A stretch of DNA of 64,000 nucleotides, from the NCBI GenBank assembly GCA_047967505.1, contig CM106538.1; one strand, written 5' to 3'. Of this stretch, positions 1-12,933 are shown one piece after another (the first letter of the stretch is position 1; each line of letters begins with the position of its first letter). Source of the DNA: Dipteris shenzhenensis (taxonomy: Eukaryota). The notes beneath the pieces are model-generated. The model had not been told where the DNA came from. It did no database searches and saw only the letters and a list, made by a program, of their open reading frames with translations. Position numbers and translations under genes: made by a program.

Positions 1-2241
1 GAAATGCTCCTCCGACTCAATCTCATGTGTGTCACATAATGTGCATATGTGCCTCTCCCTAAGCAAACCCTCAGCTATGCCACTCTCTATGCGAAGTCTA
101 TGTGAAGAGACCCGAAGCTGCCCAATAGAGATCCTCAATGAGTGGGATAGGTGGATTTGTGTATATCCGAGTGGGTCAATAAAACCCTCCGCTGTGACAC
201 GTAAACAATGATCCCTATAGAAGCTGAGCTTCACTGGAAGCTCGCTCGGTCCCAACAGGTCCGGAAAGTGTGTAGCTGCAAAAGATCCTCACTAATGACC
301 TAGTTGACCTCATGAGATGTGAAGGGAGGAAAAGGCACGTCAATGCTATACTGGAAGGGGGGGTCCGGGGAGTCGAGTCCCAGTCACTCAAACCATCTCT
401 CTGTGCGTGCAAACCAGCATCTCTGGTCACTTGCTGCTGCTGACAGTGCCATAAAGGAGGACAATGCTAGCCGCGGAACTCTACTGCATCTGGAAGTGTA
501 ATCTCTGTACCTCCTAACTCGAAATAGGTAAGTAATAACCTGAAATGCTGCATCAAGCTATAGTGGAGATGACCCAAACTCAGCCTGAATGATATGGTGA
601 GGAACTGATGGCTTACTGCTGCGAATCATCTATGATATCATAAGAACCTGTAGGTGCTCCACCCGAGTCCACTCTATATCCGACAGATCCGGCCCCCAAC
701 TAGAGCTGCCATACATCCCAGCTGGACGGACGAGGGAGTCAAAAAGTTAGACCTTGTCCGCGGGTCCTAGAAATGTGAGCGAAAGCACTGCCTCTCTAGT
801 CTGGCTAAAGAAGCGTATCATCTACTCAGTCGGGCCTGCATCACTAGTCTCATAGTATAGATAGGTCCAGAGAAGAGAACCGCTAGGTATGTATATGACG
901 AAACAATCTCCACCAACGACCCGCCGAAGGTGAACTGCTCCCGGTGCAAAGTGGCTCGAGATGTGTTGAAGATCCTGACCTTGGTTTTACCAAGGTTGAC
1001 CTTCAAATCATGGAAATCACAAAAGGACTGTAGTGCATCTAGGAAGATAAGAGTGCCACGTCATTCACGTATAACAAGATCTGGATCAAAGTGCTAGCAA
1101 GCATCCCTCCCCCCCAGTGTCTGCATAACTGTCTCAAGCTCATCAATGTAGAGGCCAAACAGGGTTGGTGATAAAGGACACCTTTGTTTGACCCCAATAG
1201 TACTCATGATCTCATCTGTCCATCCAAACCCTATCCAAACTCTGCCTGAGACCCGCTCGTAAAGTGCCATGACAGCCCAAATGATCTCCTAGTCAAAACC
1301 CAAGTCCTGCAAAGGCTGATGAGGCGGGCTCTCGAAACCGTATCAAAGGCTTTGCGAAAATCCACAAAGCAGTAATAAATCCTCTGTTTCCATGCCCTCG
1401 CCTCCTCAATGATACACCTAAGTGATCCATGGTCCCATGATCACGTAGCGTCTCTGGTTCGTTCGGGAGGTGGTTTTTGGTTTCGAATCTAAGTTGACGG
1501 CATAAAGCCTTGCACTCATCATCGTACCAGCTATTACAAGGGACGGTCCCAGGTGGTGGTGGAGCGAGTAGTGTGAGGAAAAGCGTTAAATGAAGTCTCG
1601 TGTAGTGAGCGGGTGACTAAAGTAGCACGGTCCTCTAGTAAGGGTATATGTGAAGTATGTAAAGGCAAGCTAAATATATAAGCGAAAGGTTGCGGTCGAA
1701 ATGTATGTCATGATAAGTGGTGTGAGTGATCTGTGGTGTGGGAGGTACCGTGAGATGGGGTGTAGAAAGAGGTATGTGTGATCAGCCTCAGGAGGACAGG
1801 CTGCGACAGTAAAACCAATGATACAAGAGGTGAAGGTAGAGGATCCCATGATGTAATCAACAACACTAGAGCCCCCTCCATGTGGGAAGCAGGTAAAACT
1901 ACTTGAAAAGGGCCATCTATCAAGACCATTATAAATAATATCATGCATTCTTCCTAGATCTAACAAGGCCTGCCCGTAAGATGTGACCGGAGCTCGTCTA
2001 TTAGCTCAAACTCGCATCATACCTACGTCCTCAAGATCAATGTCTGGCAGTAAAATGGAATCGTCTTTGAAGTCGATAAGTGGTACCTGACGAACCCCTG
2101 TCCTTGCGTTGAAGTCCCTAACCAAGAGGACTTCCCCGCGGCTCAAGAAATCGACAATGTCCTGGTATAGAGCTGCATATGGTGATGTCTCCGTCTCCTC
2201 TCGGACATCCTAATCAAAGTGTGAGGTCTCGGGGCGGAAGT

Positions 2242-3848
2242 TGTAACCGGCCTTTGATCACAAAGGGCAGTGTAATTGTCTCTACTATCTCACAAAACTG
2301 AAAATATAGCCAACTTGAAACATTGTATTTGTCCACAAACAAAGCTCTGGGGCAGTGTAATTGTCTCTACTATCTCACAAAACTGAAAATATAGCCAACT
2401 TGAAACATTGTATTTGTCCACAAACAAAACTCAGAGCATAAAACTTCACTGCATAGCATCATTGAACCATTTAACAAAGGGAGGCTAGAATGCCCCTACT
2501 CAGAAGCATGAAGAGTGACACCTGTTGGCCCCAACACTTGGTGCCCCTTGCGGTATCTATTTCATTACTGGTTAGCTCAAAAAATACAAAGGGACTCCCT
2601 TTAAGAGCTCACCCGCAGGTGCAACCCAGTACAATGCCAACCCGTGGCTGTGCTAGTGACCAACTCCCAGTGCTATTCGTTTGGTTCCTCTCAGTAGCCA
2701 TGCATAACACCAGTAGACCAACCTGACAGCATGCCAAGCAATGCATTCACACATATCCAAGCCATTACTGAGCCCAAGTCTAGCCACTGCACCCCCAGGA
2801 AGAGAGTATCACAACCAGTGCCCCAATCCTCGCCTAGGCCAATGGCAGGGCATCAAACAGAAACTCAGTAAGAATGGCAGCAGCATAGAGTAGGAACAGA
2901 AAATGAGAATTCAGCCAGCAGAAAGAGCTTGTTTCAGCCCGGAACAGCTCCAGAAGTAGGTTGAATAGCAGACAGCAAACTCTGGTAGGAGGGAGCTGCC
3001 TATGAGTGTCTTCCAGCACCAGAAAAGATCAAAAAAGAGAGCATCCAGCAATCTGTAGCAAATCCGCCATGAATGTGTCCACCAGAATGGAGTTTTCAGC
3101 CAACAAACACCTCAAAACTCAGTGCGCCTTGCACCAGACAGAGGCCAAGACTGAGGCGTCCAAGAATATGGCTTCGGAATCAAGAAAGGGAGACTTCTGT
3201 CGTGAAGAAAGTCAAGAAAAGCTTCAAAAGTGGCCCAGACTGGAGGCGTCCAGGTCCAAGATGCATGCCAGCAACAGAAAGCGCCAAGGGGAGGAGAACT
3301 ATCATGAAGAAAGCTTGAAAATCGACTTCAGCCAGCAAGAGGGAGGCTGCGAAAATCCGTCATGAAGAGAATGAGGCTGCTCTGGTAGGGGAGAAGTCTC
3401 AAATCAGCAAGGAAGGGAAAGGAAGGGCTCCAAGGCCTTCCAGGGGTGACACCTAGGTGCCACAAGGCAAGCAGAGAAGCCACATGCAGACACATGTACA
3501 AAGTGTGCTAGCTAGATGTTAAGATTGCGTTCCATAAGATTTTTTATATCACGATCAGACGAAATGTGTACCAGGTCAGATGGCACACTATGACCCTAAT
3601 GCTTGGGAACCAATGACCCTAATTTGTAGGATCTCTAGAAGGTCAATTTTTAAAGAATGACCCCACTGAACCAAACCAATGACCTTAGAAATTGAAACCA
3701 CTCTAATAGCACCAAGAGTTGCACTTATTGCACATGAAATCATAGGTACCTTTTAAGCATTAACTAAGGCCCCTAGCCTAGTACCCTAGGCTCAATTCAG
3801 TGACGGTTAGTTTAGACACTTCACCATCACCACCACGTCCCTGTGACA
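2242..3848. mobile_element. Probable solo LTR (~1.6 kb) inserted in the LINE endonuclease domain
   Basis: Termini TGTAAC...GTGACA (TG..CA, imperfect inverted). The LINE APE reading (DLFIAVC / FRPETSHF) resumes on both sides. No clean TSD visible. Confidence 0.65.
2265..2428 (+). repeat. Tandem duplication of a ~80-85 bp unit
   Basis: gggcagtgtaattgtctctactatctcacaaaactgaaaatatagccaacttgaaacattgtatttgtccacaaacaaa occurs twice in tandem. Confidence 0.9.
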
Positions 3849-4586
3849 AAAAGAAACATACTGCAATGAACAAATCCCGGCTGCCTGTGTGTCGGATCTA
3901 GATCCAGAGAAATCTGGAGTGTGTACCTCTCCGCTGTACTGAGGTGGTCCCCAAAAGAGCGCATGTGTAAAAAACTACTACCCCTCCTCATCCTCGTACT
4001 CCCCGTGTGTACCTTGTCTCATCTTTGTAAGCAAACTCCCATGTGTACCCCTTGACTTCTAGTAGTGGGCGCTCTGGACTCTGATGTGTCTCTGTATAAA
4101 AGACTATGTCACAACCAGTATAAGATTCCAAGAAGTACTTTAGTTCTAACCATAAGGTTCCATTACAATTCCAAATGGTACAAGACAGGGTCTCAGTATG
4201 GTGAGTCTCATAGACCCCGCCTCCCTATGTGCGAGGAGAGGCAGATGTGCAACGGGGGCCTGTAAGGAGTCGTCCATCTTGAACTACCGCCCAATTCCCA
4301 TCCTTGTGGGCCTAATCCCGCTGCTGTATCAAAGTGCACCTCTCCTCGACCTGTAAGGGGGTGAGATCCTCATCCATGGATATCGATGGCTGCTCCTGTA
4401 AGACTGATCTACGCCGTAGAGCTGAGAGTCGTGCATGAGTATCATGGAATCATATGATGAGGGGCTTCTCTCGATTGGGATCTCTCCCTACCCACCATGC
4501 CCTCTTAATCCTATGCTCAACTACCCCAAGACTAGTGGCCACAAATACAGTCGCATCGCTCATCGGTGTAGCCTCGGTGCGTGGAA

Positions 4587-7500
4587 TGTAAGAACGGAGA
4601 GAGGAAGAGGTGAGAGCAGGAGAGCAAGAGAGCAACACACAGTTGAATTGAAAAGGATAAGAAAGCTTTGGTTAGGGGGAAAAACCTCTAAATGAGGAAA
4701 AAGTGCCCCTAACCCACTTATTCGTCATGCATTGGTCGTTGCCATGAATTATGTCTATAATTCCAACACCCCCCTACAGTGCCAATGTGATGATGTACAA
4801 GGAAATGATCAATCACCAAAAGGACATAAGTTCAAGGCACTCCGAAATGCCTCAAACTTCTCACGAGGAAGTGCTTTAGTGAACATGTCTGCAACATTGT
4901 CATGTGTGGACACGTAGATCATACTGATCTCCCCTGCATGCAACTTCTCTCTAACATAGCGATAGTAAACCTCAATGTGCTTCGTGCGAGCATGGAACAT
5001 AGGATTCTTAGCCACTGCTATAGCACTCTAACTATCAGTGAGAATTGGAGAAGGACCCTCCAATAAGAGATGAAGATCAGCAAACAAACGGCGCAGCCAA
5101 ACATACTCAACTGTTGCTATGAAAGCTGCCCTGTCCTCAGCTTCACATGAGGAGGTAGCCACAATAGTTTGTTTCTTGCTCAACCAAGAAATGCAAGCAT
5201 CACCCAAAAAGAAACAATTCCCACTTGTGGACTACCTTGTATCATAATCTCCAACCCAATCAGAGTCACTGTAAGCACGCATTTGCAAGTCACCCCCCTA
5301 AGAAACATCAAGCCATAAGACTTAAGTGCCTTGCAAGTAACTGAAAATGCGTTTTACAGCCTGCCAATGGGAAGTCTTCAAGCTATGCATATATCTGCTC
5401 ACTTGTGAAACCACAAAATGAATGTCAAGCCGAGTATTGCACAAGTAAATGAGGCATCCAACTGCCTGGTTGTAAAATGTGGCATCAACCGATTCACCTC
5501 CTCCATACATGGTAAGCTTCAGCCTTGGCTCCTTGGAAATGGCTGTAGGCTTGTAATCTTGCATCTTGAACCGATCCAAAAGCTTTTGCACATACTTGGA
5601 TTGAGACATAATGATGCCACGACTTTCTTGTATGAACTAGATCCCCAAATAAAAATGAAGCATGCCCAAATCTGACATGTCAAAAGTAGCTCTCAACTCT
5701 GAAGCGTGGAGGTTGCTTTACATAAACCTCTTCCAACAAGTCTCCATTAAGAAATGCTGTTTTTATATCCAACCGATATACATTCCCATCAAAATGTGCA
5801 GCCATGGCTTTAACTGATCTGATGGTAGTCATCCTGGAAGTAGGAGCAAATGTCTCCTCATAATCAATGCATCCAACCTATCTGCAAGTGCCTGAAAACG
5901 TGCGGTATCTACAGCTGAAATATTTCTAGGGCAACAATTAATGCCTCCATTCTTTATTCTCAATAAATGATTCCGCACTCGGTCTGAGCCTCCTGATTTT
6001 TCTTCACCGCAATACAGACAATCCCACTTTTGTGATCCTCCTTTTGACTTGTCATAGATGCGTCCAGGTGTCACCTCCTTTCACCACTCGGATTTGTGGT
6101 CTTGGTCAAGGCCATGGGGAGGAGCCATTGAGAAGAGGGGGGGCTGAGAGAAGTGGGCTGAGAGAAGATGGAGAGAGGAGAGAATGGGGGCCTGGAGGGG
6201 GCTGAGAGACTAGAAGGGAGTGGAGGGAAGGGGGTTGGAGAGAGTAGAAGGGAGCGGAGGGAAGGGGGTTGAGGGAGTAGAGAAAGAGAGAGATGGGAGT
6301 CGAGAAAGTTAGGAGGAGGGGGAGATGGAGGGCTGAGGCAAGGAGGGAGGGTGGAGTAGTTGGAGGGCTCAAGCAAGGAGGGAGAGTGAAGTAGTGAAGG
6401 CTGGAGCAGCAAAGGGGGGTAGCGGGAATGGCACGAGAAGATGAGGTGGGAGGAAGAGCTGCCCGTCGGGACTTTTAGCTAGGTCATAACCCGGAACACC
6501 AGGATTAGGGTAGAAACGCCACCGGAACGGCGTTCTTTGGTAACATGTCCCCAAGGGACGTTCCGAACACGTTCCAGACGTTCCCTGGGCCTCTCCTTTC
6601 TGGAACGGCGTTCTAGGCCTTCCGAATGCTGGAACGCCGTTCCCTGGTAACTATGTTGTGGAGGAACTAAATCAGCTTGAGGCTAAAATCCGGGCATGTG
6701 AATCAAGAGGGACTCGATGTAAATCCTGATTTTCAGCATGCATATCAGCTCCAGAACCCAAAGCAATGGGTAATAAACCTTCAAAGACATCAATAGAGCT
6801 CAAGTAGGTGGCATCTCAAATTCAGCATGTGTATGAGCTGAATTTTCAAAAAATATCACACCTCTACTAACAAAGATCTTGCGTGTAGCAAGATCATAGA
6901 GACAATATGCTTTGCTTTCCGTGCTATACCCAACAAAAATACATTTGAGTGCCTTGTCTTCCAGCATATGACGAAACTCTTTGGGCACATGGGCATATGC
7001 AACACAACCAAAAACATGGAAATGATTCACTGAAGGCTTCTTTCCATACCAAGCTTCATATGGTGTCATAGTTTTCAAAGCCTTCGTGGGAACACGATTC
7101 AAGACATAATTGGCACACATGAGACCTTCAAGCCAAAATTTGTGAGGCAATATCTTGCTCGTAAGCATGCATCTATCCATCTCCATAAGAGAGCGATTTT
7201 TCCTCTCAGTTGAAGGATCCTGCTGAGGAGTAAGCCTCACTCTCAGCTGAAGGATTCTGCTGAGGAGTAAGCCTCACTGTAAGCTGATGATGAGTGCCCT
7301 TAGGCTTACTGTATGCTGATGATGAATGCCCTTTTCCAGCAAATAAGCCTTAAATGCATGAGAAATATACTCCCCCCCTCTATCTCTGCAAAGTGTCTGT
7401 ACCTTGAGCCTTGTCTCATTTTCAACTTTGGCAACAAAATGTCGAAAATTGAGAAACACGTCAGATTTTGCCTTTATACCATACACCCAAGTGTATCTCG

Positions 7501-8711
7501 AATAGTCATCAATAAAGGTGACAAAATACAAGTAACCACCGAAGGCAGGAGTCCTCATGGGACCACAGACATCACTGTGAATGAGCTGTAGCTTACGGGC
7601 AGCTCTTACTGCACCATCTTTCTTGAAGGAAAACCTATGCATCTTGCCAAGTATGCATCCTTCACATGTATAAGGCGGGGGTGACTCCAAAAGAGAGAAG
7701 GCATCAACCATTTGAAACTTTTGAAGTGTCATCAAACTGTCAAAATTCGTATGCCCATATCTAACATGCCATAACTCTGCATTCTGCATAGCAATAGTGG
7801 GAGTAGAAACTGCAAGCGCATGATCTGGTCTTTTCTCAAAAACATCAAGCTGAAAAAGACCACGAAACAGTGTGCTAGATAGTCTCAAGGCATAATCATC
7901 TTCTCTGTCTCAAACTGCACACTTGTCATCCTCAAAGACAACCTTTATTGAGAGAGGACACTGAAAGCAAATTTGTCTTGATTCCACGCATATAAAGCAC
8001 ATCATGAATTCTGAAATTTGTGCCATCTGTGGCTGTAAGCACAATCTCACCAATACCACGAACTGAATAAGAAGAATCATTTGCACAAGACACCCTTTTT
8101 CTAGCAAGTGGTGGATGCAGAGAATCAAACAAACACTTCCTAGGAGTGATATGTTAGGTGGTGCCACTATCAAAATACCAATTATTCAATGTCTCATTGA
8201 CATAGAAAGTGCATGCATCCTTAGATGGGTCATAACTGCAAGTCAAAAAACCATAATCATCCTCCTCAAAGGTGGCTGTAACATCAGGGACAGCCACACT
8301 ACTATCATGACTGCAAATCAAAAAGGCATATTCCTCTTCCACCAAATTGGTTATAGCATCACCTTCATGTGCATGAGAGGCTAATGTATCCGAGACAACC
8401 ATACTGGAATCTTTCTTCTTCTCCTTGGCAAGCCTTTTCCTACATTCATCAATGTAATGACCTAGCTTGTTGCAGTAATGACATCTCCCCATTTTCTTGG
8501 GCTTCTCTGCATTACTCTTAGCCTTTTGTGAAGGCTGTCCAGAATCAGCCTTAGACTCATTTGCAGGCTGATTTGTATGCTGCTTCCCTTTTACCCTTGG
8601 CTTGAACTTGGAAAACATGGCATGTTCACTTGCACGTGTGGCCATATTTTTCCATGTCTGCTCTTCCTGCAACAAAAGCCCTATCAACTCATGAAATGTG
8701 AGAGGTTGCCA
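4587..8711 (-). mobile_element. Degenerate Ty1/copia LTR retrotransposon (gag-PR-INT-RT-RH plus 3' LTR 4587-4768); 5' end lost or overrun
   Basis: ORFs give gag zinc knuckle CHYCNKLGHYIDEC, protease WYFDSGTT, integrase HSDVCGP/FIDDYSR/DRGGEY/ERKNR, RNase H HARTKHIEV/ADMFTK. Polypurine tract (minus AGGGGGG) abuts LTR start TGTTGG at 4768. RT is partly deleted. Confidence 0.92.
5835..6655 (-). mobile_element. 5' fragment of a hAT-like DNA transposon with BED zinc finger, inserted in the copia
   Basis: Terminus CATAGTTACC (minus, 6655) followed by clustered palindromic GAAC(G/C)..GTTC subterminal motifs. ORF from ATG 6128: MAPPHGLDQDHKSEW*KEV...WDCLYCGEE...RVRNHL...CCP (W..CxxC..H..C, BED-type). 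Other end missing. Confidence 0.7.
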
Positions 8712-10440
8712 TGTTGAGAGATCACGCTCAACATCCTGTGATCATATGTGCATAGCACCATCATGTGATCATATGTGCATAACACTAACCCAATAGAGTG
8801 CTATAAAGGAAAGGGTTAGATGCCCTAACCCTAAATGGGTTTGTATATATTCTACATTTTCAACTAAATCTAGTGTACAGTTAGTCATTAGTGATGTGCT
8901 CTCTAGCTGTGCCTGCATACCTCTTGCTAAGCACAGTGCCACATCATCACTGCATGTGACTCATAGTGCCACATCATCACATCACATTTTTACTCTTTTT
9001 TTACCCCTCCACCTAGATCAAGCCGTATCTCTTGATCCAAGAGGAATTTAAGGGTGCTACAAAAAGGCGAAATGATCGGTTTTTTGTGCTCTACGCGCTC
9101 GTCACATCACACACACATTTTGACGCACGTATCACTCACTTTTAAGCCTTGCCGACAAATCCACTTCCTACACGCACATCAGCCTCTACATCGATGCATC
9201 TGACCCAACACATAAAAAGAACCAAAGAAAAGAAATTATTTGCTATTCTTTCATCGATCGACGGTTGGTATAGATCTAGATCAGAGTAGACTAGATCGCC
9301 ATAGAGGGGATGCTTTGAATTTCCCCAAGTTGCCAATCTAAGCCATGCCCAAATTTCCAGACTAGTTTCTACTCGGAGTCAGTTCCTACGCTCACATACG
9401 GTTTCACATCATCATCACATTACCTAAAACATGGCATTCATCAGTTCAGTGACCAGACTTCAGAGTGTTCTCAGAGGCATTGATCAGTGGACAGATAGCA
9501 CATGATTTGATTCCACACGCACATGCCATCATTGTAAAGCCTATTTGGCTATTTCACGGCATTGTGCACATCATTTCAGCCTTGTAAAGCCTCTTGGCTA
9601 TTCCTGGCATCATTTGCCACAAGCCTTGTAATTCAGATCGGATTATATATATTAAAGTTCTACCTTCACCGACAATTCAGATTTCACTTGCCACAGTCAG
9701 TGTTTTGCAGTTGATTCAGACAGTGATTTTGACAGATAGAATGGGATAAGATAGATAAGTATGCATATCATCTGATCAAGCAGAATGTGCAAGATGTCAT
9801 GCTAGGACGGCTCAACACTGTCAAGACATCAAAAGAAGCATGGGATATGTTCGTAGCCCTCTATGAGTCCAAGAACACTTCCACGATTCCCACACCGAGA
9901 AACCAAATCAACCAGAGTTTCCGCGACAATAGCGAAACCGGTGATGCTTATGTACAACGGATCAAAGACTACAACAATCAACTCGCAACAGCATGAGAGA
10001 CCATGAATCCAGCAAAAATGGTTCAAGTCATCCTAAATGGACTAGGAGAGGGATACGAGAATCTAGTCCAGAGTATTGCCATCCAATGGCAAATTTCAAA
10101 ACTTGAAGAAGTTCAGTCAGTCTTACTTTGTGAAGAACTCAAGAAGCAATCCATTCATGCATGCAAAGGTCATTCTAATGATCAAGCATTCACAGCTTCA
10201 GATAGAAGCAGAGGCAGAGGCAGAGGCAGATCATTCCAGCGAAGTGGTCATCATCAGCAACACAGTCATCAACAAAGTCAACATAATCCTTAGCAACATC
10301 AAAATCAATAAAGAGAAAATCATTCCAATCGAGAAAGATTTTATTCAGTGCAACAACTGTCATAAGTTTGGACACTATGAAAGAGATTGCCGCAAGAAGC
10401 AGTACGACCAAGGTGCTCAATTGCCTAAAGTAGGAGCGTT
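8712..10440 (+). mobile_element. Internally deleted copia-family element (partial LTR 'C', leader, gag remnant); same family as 43726-47630
   Basis: Starts TGTTGAG and matches the LTRs at 30388-30644 and 43726-43950. 8912-10400 aligns by eye to 45390-47100. Gag remnant KEAWD...ILNGLGEGYENLV, zinc knuckle CNNCHKFGHYERDC. Confidence 0.85.
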
Positions 10441-11177
10441 TCTGCAAGGCATGGCCAACATTTACATTTTTCACGAATCGAGTAATATTGCATTTACCCA
10501 ATAGTATGACTTTGATTGACAACCTATGCCTCTTATATAATATCAGCATGTCCGATTAGTAGATTGAGAAAGCCATTGAATATGCCACCTTAAGCTCATG
10601 TCTTAGTAGAGTTATGCCAGCCAAATTCTAGCTTTTTCATGAGGAAATTCCTTAAATGTGTAGCCTCCCCTAAATGTGGTCCACATAAGGAAACCACCAA
10701 GGTATGATTTCTTAATAATGGCTTCTATTAAGCCCTTCAACAACATGGAGTTCCAACAAAATGTAGGTCAATAGATGCGACCCTAGTCCCTAGTATACAT
10801 TCCGACATCCTAGGGTGAAAAGGGATCAATGTTTTATATGCCTCCTTCTTTGACTCAAAAAATTACATAGAAAGCTAAAATTTGGACTTCTATGCCAATT
10901 ATATATGTTTACACACCTCATATAAAAATTTGATACATTTTTTATAATAGAAATAAATTATGGCACGGGCACTTTTGGTTAAATTTCGAACATGTCACAA
11001 ACAACACAGCCATCATGTCAATTCAGTCATTGGATCCCTACGCCATAAATAGTACTCATGGGAAATTTATAAACATTCACATATGCACAACCATCAAAAG
11101 AACGCAGAGAAAAAGGTATGAATTGAAGAGCAATAATTGTAAAAGCAATGCCGAGAATCGTCAGGAGACTTCCATAC

Positions 11178-11257
11178 ATAAATATTGATGAACTTGCACT
11201 TTGGGTTCTCCGGGGTGTATACGCGACAATCAGAACCATAAGACTTCTCTGGAAGCT
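11178..11257 (-). CDS. PSS1: Phosphatidylserine synthase (base-exchange type), coding exon 6
   Basis: tttgcag|AG CTT CCA...ATT TAT|gtatgg; encodes (E)[26 protein letters not shown]. Phase matches exon 5 and the sequence resembles plant PSS1 [14 protein letters not shown]. Confidence 0.9.
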
Positions 11258-12119
11258 CTGCAAACGATATTCAACATTCTCAGCCGTGAATATGCACAAT
11301 TGATAATGCTTACAATCAGATACAATGAACATTTAATATGTGCGGTTTGTTACATAATTCAATATTTTTCAAAGTAGTCATACTGAAGTCTCAATTGTCA
11401 TGTACAAATTTTCATAATTCAATAAGTGTCGTGTATAACATAATTACTGAAGTCTCAATTTTCATGTACAAATGGCTCTTTAATTTATGTGCATTTTTCT
11501 ATTTCATAGACATCTACACCACCACGAACTACACAAAGCTCTCATACAGACATAAAATGATCATGATGCCTGTCTCGTAGGTGACGCATTCTAGGGCATG
11601 TGCATGTGGAGGATTCCTCATTAAGTGATTATTGTAACTTCCTAAACATTGGTACCATCTCCAAGAATAAGTGAGCTCTCAACTCTCCACAGCGCTTCCC
11701 CTCACTGCCTCTTCCCTGCCCATCCTGCCTGCCCCCTGCCTCTCCTCACCAGCCCTATTTCCCCCTTCCTATTACTCTTCCTCTTCTCCCTTCAACCTCT
11801 CCTCCTTGAGGTCACAACCAATATCGGAAGCTCTAAGCTCTCCTCAGTGCCCCCATTGCCAGCCCCCCTGCGTCCTCCCTCCTCCGCACACACCCTTTTG
11901 CTTGGCTGCTGCTCTGCCCATAGCATGTCCAGCTCCCTTCACCTTTTGCTAACTGCAGGACCCTGCCATAGCCACAGCTGTGTCCCCCTCCCCCCCTCAA
12001 GGATGCTTCTTTTTTATTTAAAAAACCTGCACTTCCTTGCTCCCCTCAGCCTTCCCCACTCTTCTCCTTCTACATGGCTTGCTCACTGCAGCCCATGGGC
12101 ATGATGCAAAATGGGGGCT

Positions 12120-12280
12120 TCCAAGTAGCATTTATCTGATATTGTCGGAGTACACCCAGTCTTTCATGTCAACAAGGTGCTGCAGAAAATGTAGTCTCTG
12201 AGCATGAACTTGTAGAACTCAAGGATCTAACCACTTATGTGCCCCATGAGTCCGAATGTCTTCTGTATTATAAGGAGCAG
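12120..12280 (+). mobile_element. Gypsy integrase C-terminal remnant
   Basis: Encodes VGVHPVFHVNK, the HPVFHVS-type motif of gypsy integrases. Confidence 0.5.
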
Positions 12281-12933
12281 GGTTGTTCCAAAGCTGAATA
12301 GTACTTGGGATAGTATTGATTCCAACTCCCAGAGTTTATGAAATATGCCTCAGTCCTTCTCTGGGAGATGTTATGTCCAGCTCTAGACATAACATGGCTA
12401 GTGTATGGAGGTCAAGTTAACCTATGGTCATGTAACCTACAACTAGGCCTTTGGTACAGTTAGGATGGTCTTAGGATTGAGACACCTAAGACACCCTATG
12501 CCTATAAAGTGTGAGCCTCAACTCATTTGGGGCATTCTTGGGAGTAAGAATACCCAACTAGGATGGAGCCCCTCAGCTACCATGGTCGCCATCTGGCAGG
12601 ATATCATCTATACTCTACACTCCACCTGGGAGCGTGGGACTCCAGGCTCTAGAGCGACTATTGAGCAGCGAGCTCGTTTCTGCAAGGCTTGGCTTGCAGG
12701 AGTCTTCTACATCTGCACTCTGCGAGGGATTTTCTGGTTGTATAGTCCCCCCACTTGGCTGTTAGCCCAAGTACCAAAGATTCCCTAGGCAGTGAGCTGG
12801 GTTTCTCTGGAACAGGCCAGTTTCTATTTCAGCCTTTTCCTGGTTTTTCCCCATACTCAGCACCTTCGGAGCTGCTGTTTTGTATGAAATTTTTCAAGCA
12901 TTAATAGAAGGTTCCTTTGTTTGAAAAAAAAAA
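12280..12933 (+). mobile_element. 3' end of an L1-type LINE with poly(A) tail
   Basis: Trp-rich C-terminal ORF remnant (12465-12788), T-rich 3' UTR, then A-run at ~12924-12933. Confidence 0.5.

Larger units (their letters stand above)
1..4586 (-). mobile_element. Degenerate non-LTR retrotransposon (LINE) with ORF1 C-terminus, APE endonuclease, RT and C-terminal Cys/His region; interrupted by a solo-LTR-like insertion (2242-3848) and cut at its 5' side by a copia LTR
   Basis: Minus-strand translation: ORF1 tail RAWWVGRDPNREKPLII...ISMDEDLTPLQVEER...KDGNWAVVQDG ending at TAG 4225-4227; ORF2 ATG at 4211; APE motifs IWNCNG, DFNART, SVVDYI, EADH; RT motifs FVDFRKAFDTV, GVKQRCPLSPTLFGLYID, VNLGKTKV; C-terminal LRVSSHRLRIE. 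Many stops and frameshifts. Confidence 0.9.

Noticed and set aside
11649-12104. Pro/Ser/Leu-rich ORFs (also 6071-6412, 38306-38990, 42577-42902)
   Set aside because: Low-complexity pyrimidine-rich TE leader or LTR sequence; no recognisable domain.
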